A DNA stretch of 32,000 bases from an archaeon GW2011_AR10. Lineage in GTDB: Archaea > Iainarchaeota > Iainarchaeia > Iainarchaeales > GW2011-AR10. Each line of letters opens with the position of its first letter. Position 1 is the first letter of the stretch. Under the pieces are notes generated by a model. That model did not search any database. It was given only the letters and a program-made list of their open reading frames with translations, and was not told the DNA's origin. The position numbers were made by a program, and so were the translations under genes. Positions 8,122-14,947 of the stretch are shown here, piece by piece. The stretch lies in contig CP010424.1 in NCBI GenBank assembly GCA_000830275.1, positions 720,001 to 752,000 of the forward strand, written 5' to 3'.

Positions 8122-8200
8122 TTACTACATAATAGAAAAAGCAGCAAGCTTTTTAATAACCTCAAACAAGTAAATACTTACCTCAAACAGGTAAGTGAAT

Positions 8201-8413
8201 ATGAAAGATTTTAAACCAAAACTTGGAAGCCAAAGGACAAAACAAATAGAAGAGGACAGAAAAGAAGCCGTTAAAGCCATTATTGCAAATAGGGGAATTT
8301 TGAAAGGAAAAGGCAAGGCTAAAACGGAAGAAGAGTTCAAACAGCTCCAAGAAGAAGCAAACAAGCAAATTACAGCACATTACGAAAAAAAATTTGGCAT
8401 CAGTCTAAGGTAA
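8201..8413 (+). CDS. Small Lys-rich hypothetical protein (about 70 aa)
   Basis: ATG at 8201, with an alternative GTG at 8195. The protein is highly charged (MKDFKPKLGSQRTKQIEEDRKE...). Its 3' end overlaps the convergent PIN gene by 14 nt. No family motif. Confidence 0.4.
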   Translation: MKDFKPKLGSQRTKQIEEDRKEAVKAIIANRGILKGKGKAKTEEEFKQLQEEANKQITAHYEKKFGISLR

Positions 8414-8828
8414 CATCTTCGGGCTTTAAGACCTCAACTATTTCTGAAAGCTCATCCAAAAGATGCCTGTCCCTTGAAATCAAAACAGCATTATGGTGTT
8501 TGGCAACAACGACATGAATCACGTCTTTTAAAGGAAGTTCCCTGTTACGCTTTATCCATTCAGTTTTTGCCTCAGAGATTTGCTCCTGCGTGGCAACAAC
8601 ATTTTGAATTGAACTTTCAAAAGAAGAAAAAATTTGTTTGACTTTTTCCTCAGGAAAATAGACCTTTAGCTCCATGACAACAGTGTCAGAAACAAGCAAA
8701 ACATGACCTTTTTCAGCACACCATTTTAGAAACCTGAAAGCAAACTCTCCAAGCGGCCTGATTCCATCCCTTCGATCTTCATAATAGTCACGCCAAACCA
8801 GCGTGTCTGGGTAAAATTTTTTCTGCAT
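8400..8828 (-). CDS. PIN-domain (VapC-like) nuclease with no cognate antitoxin ORF upstream
   Basis: The N-terminal acidic motif is FYPDTLVW. The C-terminal LKDVIHVVVAKHHNAVLISRDRH is typical of the PIN D..hhA....h.LlT.D core. A TATA-like box (ttttaaataa) lies about 30 nt upstream on the minus strand. Confidence 0.65.
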   Translation of the reverse strand: MQKKFYPDTLVWRDYYEDRRDGIRPLGEFAFRFLKWCAEKGHVLLVSDTVVMELKVYFPEEKVKQIFSSFESSIQNVVATQEQISEAKTEWIKRNRELPLKDVIHVVVAKHHNAVLISRDRHLLDELSEIVEVLKPEDVTLD

Positions 8829-8906
8829 AGTAAGGGGGTGTGATTAATGTTATTTAAAAGTAATTAACCAAAAACAGGTAAGCAATCGCCAAAACCATCG
8901 GGATGC

Positions 8907-8943
8907 GCACTTTCTCTCCACTGGTGGGAGGGGGGACTATTAG
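8907..8943 (+). repeat. Copy 1 of a 37-nt intergenic element (GCACTTTCTCTCCACTG + tRNA-Tyr 3'-end-like GGGAGGGGGGACTA)
   Basis: Its 17-nt block is identical to 12261-12277, and about 29 of 37 positions match overall. The 3' part matches tRNA-Tyr 8111-8124 at 13 of 14 positions. It can fold as CUCUCC/GGAGGG with a 7-nt loop. Confidence 0.7.
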
Positions 8944-9046
8944 AACAAAATTGAATATGTTTGAGCGTATTACTTTTATATGCCTGAACTCTATGCCTGC
9001 CTTGTATTAATTTTGTATTAAAAAGAAGAAGAAAAATATGCGTGGT

Positions 9047-10330
9047 TTACCTGAAATTCAAAAATAATCTGAAAAAGAAAAACCAAACATGGTCAATTAA
9101 ATTATTTGGAAAGTACTGTATTCCATCATTCTTTAGCTGGTTCACTGCTTCCTTTGCTGGGTCGGAAGAATTCTTAATTGTGTCTAAAACTGTTGCACTT
9201 GTTCTAAAAGTTCCTTTTGCAGAAGGGCCCAACACTCCCTCCTTATAATTTGTAATTTGTCCATTTTGGAGATCAAAAGTGTAAACAGTTGTGCTGCCAT
9301 TATAGTTTTGAATTTCTGCGTTGTATGTTCCATCGCCGAAGCCAAAAAACACAAAATTGCCGAACGGGTTTTGGCCGGTTCCGCATTCAACATACATTTC
9401 CCTGAAAAGGTTTCCAATTGGGGTGCTACAATCCATGTTCACATTGCATGCAGGGCAAATCTGGCAATTATTAAAAGAGGTTCCGCACGCAAGGCCGGTT
9501 TGTGGCGGGCCATTGCAGTAAAACCCTGCTTTGCTGCCGTTAACAGTCGTTGTTACTGTTGCATCAGGGTGAAAGTATTTGCATATGTCAGTAGCATACC
9601 CAGTGTAACCAACACATTTTTTTCCAACGCTTGCGCAGACTTCATTCCCAGTGTCGAGAGATGAATCCGTTGAAGTGACAACATAATATGTTTTGCCATT
9701 GTAAGGGTAAGAGCCCTTGCCGCCAGCATTGTTAACTGGCTGTGCAGGCTGGCCGCCAGCAGGAGGCGAACCAGAAACAACAAAATAGACTCCATTTCTT
9801 GACTCGATTTGGTTTGAATTCAGCCCGGCACACACTGCAAGTTCTGCCGGAGTACTGCTTCTGCACGGGGCATTTGCAACACAATTTGTTGCCTGCCACT
9901 TGTTGCAGCGCGGATCGGATGAATCAACAACACATTTTTGGTAAGCAAAAGCGCTTGCACAGCTTATCTGGTTCAGTTCACAGTCATTGTAAGGGCAACC
10001 ACCGCTTACCGCTCCACCAACTGCGTCTGGACCGCGAACATAAGAAGGAGTGTTACTGCATCGAATTGAATTTGCTGGGCCGTTGTAATTTTTTAGCGTG
10101 CAAATTACTTTTCCAGGAGTTGCAGGCGTATTAGTTATGCAGGTAGTTGGAACCGCCGGGTTGTTTGCAACTGGCCCAGGGCCTGCAAGCTGGCAAAAAG
10201 TTTCTGCCGCCCCCACTGCTGAACAGTTTACGTTTGCCCGGTAATCAAATTCGCACTCGTAATCTGTGGCAAAAACAAGCCCCGCAGCTAAAACAACAAA
10301 AAGAAAAAACACAAAAAATTTTGCAGACAT
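9047..10330 (-). CDS. Secreted Cys-rich protein (427 aa, 24 Cys), unknown family
   Basis: I prefer the internal ATG at 10330, which gives the signal peptide MSAKFFVFFLFVVLAAGLVFA|TDYEC. A TATA-like box (cttttaaatc) lies about 25-30 nt upstream. A Pro/Gly/Gln linker (SGSPPAGGQPAQPVNNAGG) separates two Cys-rich halves, and the C-terminal roughly 110 aa are Cys-free. Confidence 0.7.
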   Translation of the reverse strand: MSAKFFVFFLFVVLAAGLVFATDYECEFDYRANVNCSAVGAAETFCQLAGPGPVANNPAVPTTCITNTPATPGKVICTLKNYNGPANSIRCSNTPSYVRGPDAVGGAVSGGCPYNDCELNQISCASAFAYQKCVVDSSDPRCNKWQATNCVANAPCRSSTPAELAVCAGLNSNQIESRNGVYFVVSGSPPAGGQPAQPVNNAGGKGSYPYNGKTYYVVTSTDSSLDTGNEVCASVGKKCVGYTGYATDICKYFHPDATVTTTVNGSKAGFYCNGPPQTGLACGTSFNNCQICPACNVNMDCSTPIGNLFREMYVECGTGQNPFGNFVFFGFGDGTYNAEIQNYNGSTTVYTFDLQNGQITNYKEGVLGPSAKGTFRTSATVLDTIKNSSDPAKEAVNQLKNDGIQYFPNNLIDHVWFFFFRLFLNFR

Positions 10331-10499
10331 CAGATAATTAATCAAAGAAAATGATTTAAAAGAGTTGCGGAAAAAGAAAAGACCGGTAGGAGAAGCCCTA
10401 TTTGCCGCACGAGGAATATTCAAAGGACCTGCACCGGAAACCTACTCTGCATCTCTTTTGTTTTAAAAAGCACTGCTTCTTTTTATTTTGGTGAAAAGA

Positions 10500-10943
10500 A
10501 TGACCCAATTTTCTTCAGTTGTGAAAAAAAGCAAACACCGGGTGTTTTATTTTGACATTCCGAGCCAGATTATGAATTCAATGGAATTAAAGCCATTCGT
10601 GGCCTGTAAAATGAAGGCAGAAAAAAAGCAAATAACTCTTTTTGACTTTCAAAAAACCTTTAAAATAAAACTTGATTTGGACAGGAAAACAATTAATATT
10701 GCAAAAATAATCATGAAAGAAGAAGGTTACGGGTCACTGGATGAAACAATTTCAAACGTTATAAAATGGTATTTTGCAAAATTGAAAGGAAAAAAAATTG
10801 ATTACCACACAGTTTATATTTACCCGGAAGGATTTTTGGATTCAAAATATATTTTGATAGACGATTATGAAAAAGGAATGGACAAGGTGAAAAAATCAAG
10901 AGAAAAAAACAAAAAATCCAGTGCACCAAGTGCAAAGAAATAA
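10500..10943 (+). CDS. Hypothetical protein (147 aa); zero-frame product of a candidate frameshift pair
   Basis: The ATG at 10500 has GGTGA 5 nt upstream and a TATA-like box (gttttaaaaagc) about 30 nt upstream. The N-terminus (HRVFYFDIPSQIMNSMELKP) loosely resembles an AbrB/SpoVT-type fold. The gene is very A/T-rich. Confidence 0.55.
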   Translation: MTQFSSVVKKSKHRVFYFDIPSQIMNSMELKPFVACKMKAEKKQITLFDFQKTFKIKLDLDRKTINIAKIIMKEEGYGSLDETISNVIKWYFAKLKGKKIDYHTVYIYPEGFLDSKYILIDDYEKGMDKVKKSREKNKKSSAPSAKK

Positions 10944-11059
10944 TTGAAGGCGACCTTAAAGGCACATTCATTTCATGCAAATGTGGAAAGATTGCTGTTG
11001 ACCAAACACAGCACTATACAAGAATTATTGGCAATAAAGAAGACTGGAAGGCGATTTGA
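10871..11059 (+). CDS. Start-less ORF in the -1 frame encoding a CxxC...CxC zinc-ribbon-like segment
   Basis: The translation ..KIQCTKCKEIIEGDLKGTFISCKCGKIAVDQTQHYTRIIGNKEDWKAI* has no ATG, GTG or TTG in frame. It overlaps the 3' end of the 10500-10943 ORF, where the zero frame reads A_AAA_AAC (10904-10910). Confidence 0.35.
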   Translation, partial: KRNGQGEKIKRKKQKIQCTKCKEIIEGDLKGTFISCKCGKIAVDQTQHYTRIIGNKEDWKAI

Positions 11060-11166
11060 TGGCTAAATTTGTTTTTGAGTTAAAAAAATTCATTATAAAA
11101 AATTACGGCAAAAAATGCCCAGACTACGATCCTTTCTGTGCAGCATGCATAATGTGGTCCTCTTAG
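11059..11166 (+). CDS. Possible 35-aa Cys-containing small ORF
   Basis: Its ATG overlaps the upstream TGA (TGATG). The translation is MAKFVFELKKFIIKNYGKKCPDYDPFCAACIMWSS*. It is below the ORF-track length cutoff, so support is only coupling and Cys spacing. Confidence 0.3.
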   Translation: MAKFVFELKKFIIKNYGKKCPDYDPFCAACIMWSS

Positions 11167-11320
11167 GAGACTATTAAAGAAGGAGTGGAATTAGGAGAAG
11201 TGCCAAAAAAGAAGAGCAAATAAGAGCCCTATTTGCTTTCCAGCATCAAATGAACGGATTTGTTCCTCAACTATGTGTGTTACTCATGCCTTTTTAAATA
11301 TTTCTGAGTAACATATATTT

Positions 11321-12253
11321 ATGGCTTATTTGGTAAAAAGAAAAAGAGGCGACAAAGTTTACTTTTACTTGGCAGAAAACATAGCTGTGGCAAGGGGCCA
11401 AAGAAAGCAAATAAGAAAATATTTGGGAACAAAAAAGCCTTCTGAAACAAAACTGCAGTTTTTGATGTCAGATTTTGAAAAAGAGGTTGAAAAAGAACAA
11501 GTAAAATTGCACGGCAGACATTATCTTACAGAGGATGAAATAAAAGAAATAAATAGAATTAATGAAGATTTTTGGAAACGATACAACAAACAAAACAACA
11601 CAGTGCAGGAACAATTTGACCAGAATTTTGTAATGGCGTTTGTCTACAATACCAATTCGATTGAAGGCTCGACTTTGAGCCCAAAAGAAGTTGAACTTCT
11701 TTTAAGCGAAAACATTTCTCCAAACAAGCCACTTGATGATGTGCTGGAAGCAAAGGCAGCGCAAAAAACGCTAAATTTTGTAAAAGGATTTAAAGAAGAA
11801 TTCAGTGAAGAATTAGTGAAAAAAATCCACAAAATGTATTTTCAAGACACAAAACCAAAAATTGCAGGATATTATAAAACATATCAAAACAGGGTGACTG
11901 GCTCAAACTTTGAACCAACACCACCACATTTTGTTTTAACTGACATGAAAAATTATTTTGCAGAAAATAACAAACTCAAAAAAGAACTTCACCCATTGGA
12001 ACTTGCGACTTGGGCGCACTGGAAACTTGTGCGAATACACCCGTTTCAGGACGGAAATGGCAGAACGGCACGCATAATAATGAATTTTATTTTACATAAA
12101 AATGGTTATGCAATGATTGACATAAAAACAAAAGAAAAACAGCAATATTTCAACGCACTGGAAAAATGCCATTACAACAATAATGCAAGGGCACTGGCAA
12201 TAAGACTTGTTAGACGGTTCAAAAAGCAATACCAAAATGCGTTAAAGGAATAA
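11321..12253 (+). CDS. Fic-domain protein (AMPylase-type), class II with an internal inhibitory motif
   Basis: The Fic active-site motif HPFQDGNGRTAR (HxFx[D/E]GNGRxxR) lies at 12038-12073. The upstream TNSIEG at 11651-11668 fits the (S/T)xxxE(G/N) auto-inhibitory helix motif. Confidence 0.9.
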   Translation: MAYLVKRKRGDKVYFYLAENIAVARGQRKQIRKYLGTKKPSETKLQFLMSDFEKEVEKEQVKLHGRHYLTEDEIKEINRINEDFWKRYNKQNNTVQEQFDQNFVMAFVYNTNSIEGSTLSPKEVELLLSENISPNKPLDDVLEAKAAQKTLNFVKGFKEEFSEELVKKIHKMYFQDTKPKIAGYYKTYQNRVTGSNFEPTPPHFVLTDMKNYFAENNKLKKELHPLELATWAHWKLVRIHPFQDGNGRTARIIMNFILHKNGYAMIDIKTKEKQQYFNALEKCHYNNNARALAIRLVRRFKKQYQNALKE

Positions 12254-12260
12254 ATGAACT

Positions 12261-12297
12261 GCACTTTCTCTCCACTGTCGGGAGTCGGGATTAATCT
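12261..12297 (+). repeat. Copy 2 of the 37-nt intergenic element
   Basis: GCACTTTCTCTCCACTG tc GGGAGTCGGGATTA atc. This is a direct repeat of 8907-8943, 3,354 nt away. It lies in the convergent gap between Fic and the TerC-like gene. Confidence 0.7.
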
Positions 12298-12387
12298 TTT
12301 AGGGCAACTCGCCTTTTTGTTGTGCAGGCATTGATTTTATTTTGCGGGATAATTCTTGTTAGTCAATTCGCTTGCTTTTCCAGGGCA

Positions 12388-13308
12388 TTAATTAGTGAGT
12401 TCTTTTCTTGATTTCCAGAAGAAGTACCCTATTACAGCAAAGGTTATTGCTGGTGAAATCCACTGTGGGATCCCCATTCCAAAGCTTTCCAAAAGCATTA
12501 CTGTTCCAAGAAAAAATATTGAATACATTGCACCGTTTTTCAGGTACTTGTATTTTTTTACCCTTTCAATGTTGTGTACTGTGAATTCTCTCACCACAAA
12601 TGCACCCAAGCCGTTTCCAATAATTATTAGGGGTATCGAAAGCGTGAATGCAAAAGCGCCGATTACACCGTCAATGGAAAAGGTGGTGTCTATTACTTCA
12701 AGGTAAAGTATTTTGCTCAAGTCGCTTAGGTTTGAGGCCTTGTCCAAAAGCTTTCTTTCCTGTGCCTCTGCATTTTCCTTAAAGCCGTGCGTGATAAAGA
12801 ATGCAGTTGATCCTACCACTGCACTGAAAGCCATCAGGGGGTTAACTCGTATTGCAAACCAAACAATCACTGCAAGCAGGATTGAAACCACGGCAAAAAA
12901 CCAGATGCTAAAATCGTGGATTATTTTTTCTCCGAAAAGCCCGTAGTTTTTTGGCTCAATGAAAAGCCAGTGGAAAAAGAGGAAAACCAGGAAAACCCCG
13001 CCGCCAATCAGCAAAATCGGCTTGGATTGTTCAATTGACTTTATGACTAATGGGTCAGAACTGAACGTGGCTGTCAGGGCTTCAATAGGGGAAAGCGAGG
13101 GGTTCGCTATCCACACTATAAGCCAAGGCAAAAGCCCTCTTACAATGAAAACTGCAAACAATAAGCCCCATAATAAAAACCATTTCCTTGCCTTTTGCGA
13201 CATTGTTGAGAGGACATCTGCGTTTATAACAGCATTATCTATTGAGGAAATGGTTTCAAAAAGCAGTAGCCCAAGAATTGTCAGGGAAACAAGGAAAAGG
13301 TCAAACAT
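12388..13308 (-). CDS. TerC-family / DUF475-like integral membrane protein
   Basis: Multi-TM protein with ETISSIDNAVINA and EVIDTTFSIDGVIGAFAF, the paired (E..S.DN / S.DG) motifs typical of the TerC/DUF475 superfamily. Confidence 0.75.
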   Translation of the reverse strand: MFDLFLVSLTILGLLLFETISSIDNAVINADVLSTMSQKARKWFLLWGLLFAVFIVRGLLPWLIVWIANPSLSPIEALTATFSSDPLVIKSIEQSKPILLIGGGVFLVFLFFHWLFIEPKNYGLFGEKIIHDFSIWFFAVVSILLAVIVWFAIRVNPLMAFSAVVGSTAFFITHGFKENAEAQERKLLDKASNLSDLSKILYLEVIDTTFSIDGVIGAFAFTLSIPLIIIGNGLGAFVVREFTVHNIERVKKYKYLKNGAMYSIFFLGTVMLLESFGMGIPQWISPAITFAVIGYFFWKSRKELTN

Positions 13309-13442
13309 AACATTAAGAAAAATACGAAAAAAACTTAAATGCCAAAACAGCGCTCTTTTTTTGTTTTTGGAACTGAATAGCCTTTAAAACGGCTTTTTAT
13401 AGGAAAAATTTTAATTCGGCAACGCATTATTATTTAGGTTAC

Positions 13443-14939
13443 ATGGTTGAAACAGCTGGGCTTCTTCCCTTGCCGCTTACGGGCATAGTCATTCTTATAG
13501 CAATTTTTTTGTCCATAATAGCAAAAAAATTGGGGCACAATGTGGCAATAGGATTCATTTTCACCGGGTTTTTGCTTGGACCTTTTGGCCTCAACCTGCT
13601 TCATCCCCAAGACCCGCTGGTTATTGCATTCAGCGAGCTTGGCCTCTTCATACTGCTTTTCTATTTGGGCCTTGAACTATCCTGGAAACAGTTTTTAGAA
13701 GCAGGAAGCTCTGGCTTTGGGCTTGCATTGCTTGACATGGCTGCCTCAACGCTTGCAGGCTTTCTCATTTCAATTATCTTTGGCTTCTCCCTGCTTTTTT
13801 CAATCCTTGTTGGGTTCATGCTTTTTTCAACAAGCACTGCGATAGTTGCAAAGTTTGCAATTGATAAGGGGATATTCCAGCTTTCCTCAACAAAGCTTGC
13901 TGTTTCAATCCTAATACTCCAAGACTTTCTTGGAATACTATTGGTTGTTCTCATAACGAGCATTTCAAAAAGCGGCTCTGCCCTGAGCCTTGCACTGACC
14001 GCACTGATTTTTGCAATCGGGGTTTTCGTGACAGTATACCAGCTCTCAAGGTTTGTAGAGCAATGGATGCTCTCAAACAACTTCGGCCACACAGAAGTAA
14101 CACTCTATGCTCTTGGCGTTGGTCTCATAGTATCAACAATAGCTTCAATACTTGGGCTTTCAACCTCAATTGGCGCTTACTTTGCTGGCTTTGCACTTGC
14201 AGAAACGCAGGCAGGGGAAAGAATCAAAAAAGATGTTAGCTTCATGAGGGACTTTTTTCTTGTGTTCTTTTTCGTGGGCTTTGGAACAACAATATTTTTT
14301 AACCCGGCAGCAACAGTGCAGGCACTGCCAGCGCTTGAAACCTTTGCTCCAATCGCACTCATTGCAGTTGCACTGGCAGCAAGCGCAGTGGTTGCACACT
14401 TTACAATATTTTCAGTCTTTGGCGCCTACTTTGGTTTAAGCAAAGAGGACTCGGTTACTTCTGCAATCCTGCTTGCTCCACTTGGAGAATTTGTGGTAAT
14501 AATCGCAGCTGCAGCAGTGCTCGTGGTAACTGCAAGCGAAAAAGCAGTAATTCCAGTGCTCGCATTTCTGCTAATACTAATAACTGTGTTTGCGTTCCAG
14601 CCATTATACAATTTCCGGGGAATTCTTGAAAGGCTCAGCTCCGCTCTCCCTTCTTTCTCTAGGCCTGTGAGAACCTCAAAGGTTGAAACACACACTCCTT
14701 ACTCGTACAGGCAGTTAAAGGACTTTGCATGGAACCTTTTTGTGGTATTATGCCTTGCGTGGCTGACCGTGACACTTTACTATAAACTTCCGGCGTTTGG
14801 CATTCCAATTCCTTATGTAAGGCAGTTCAGTTCCGCGCTCCTGTTCATGTTCTTTGCAATAGCACCGCTGTTAAAGTCAATGATAGCCCTGCGAAACATC
14901 CTAAAATCAGTGCAGAAAAAAAGCCATTCAACAGCTTAG
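13443..14939 (+). CDS. Cation:proton antiporter (CPA2 / Kef-type Na+/H+ exchanger membrane domain)
   Basis: About 12 TM segments. It has family-typical stretches AIGFIFTGFLLGPFGLNLL and ELGLFILLFYLGLELSWKQF. There is no C-terminal TrkA/RCK domain. Confidence 0.8.
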   Translation: MVETAGLLPLPLTGIVILIAIFLSIIAKKLGHNVAIGFIFTGFLLGPFGLNLLHPQDPLVIAFSELGLFILLFYLGLELSWKQFLEAGSSGFGLALLDMAASTLAGFLISIIFGFSLLFSILVGFMLFSTSTAIVAKFAIDKGIFQLSSTKLAVSILILQDFLGILLVVLITSISKSGSALSLALTALIFAIGVFVTVYQLSRFVEQWMLSNNFGHTEVTLYALGVGLIVSTIASILGLSTSIGAYFAGFALAETQAGERIKKDVSFMRDFFLVFFFVGFGTTIFFNPAATVQALPALETFAPIALIAVALAASAVVAHFTIFSVFGAYFGLSKEDSVTSAILLAPLGEFVVIIAAAAVLVVTASEKAVIPVLAFLLILITVFAFQPLYNFRGILERLSSALPSFSRPVRTSKVETHTPYSYRQLKDFAWNLFVVLCLAWLTVTLYYKLPAFGIPIPYVRQFSSALLFMFFAIAPLLKSMIALRNILKSVQKKSHSTA

Positions 14940-14947
14940 GCCGCGCT

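Larger units (their letters stand above)
8122..12297. mobile_element. Putative degraded integrated element(s) next to tRNA-Tyr, bounded by partial copies of the tRNA 3' end
   Basis: The tRNA 3' end GGGAGGGGGGATTA (8111-8124) recurs as GGGAGGGGGGACTA (8926-8939) and GGGAGTCGGGATTA (12280-12293), all in the same orientation. Cargo is accessory-type: PIN, Fic, a Cys-rich secreted protein and small zinc-ribbon ORFs. The 10.4-12.25 kb part is visibly A/T-rich. No integrase was seen. Confidence 0.3.

Noticed and set aside
7851-8165. 104-aa minus-strand ORF, together with my first impression that the GC-rich block 7904-8130 was an SRP/7S or RNase P RNA (a GGAGCA-like and a GAAAGUUC-like motif).
   Set aside because: The block folds completely as tRNA-Tyr plus a BHB intron. 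The SRP helix-8 and RNase P P4 pairings could not be built. The ORF overlaps PAP2 and the tRNA, and its product looks like Arg/Cys/Leu-rich junk.
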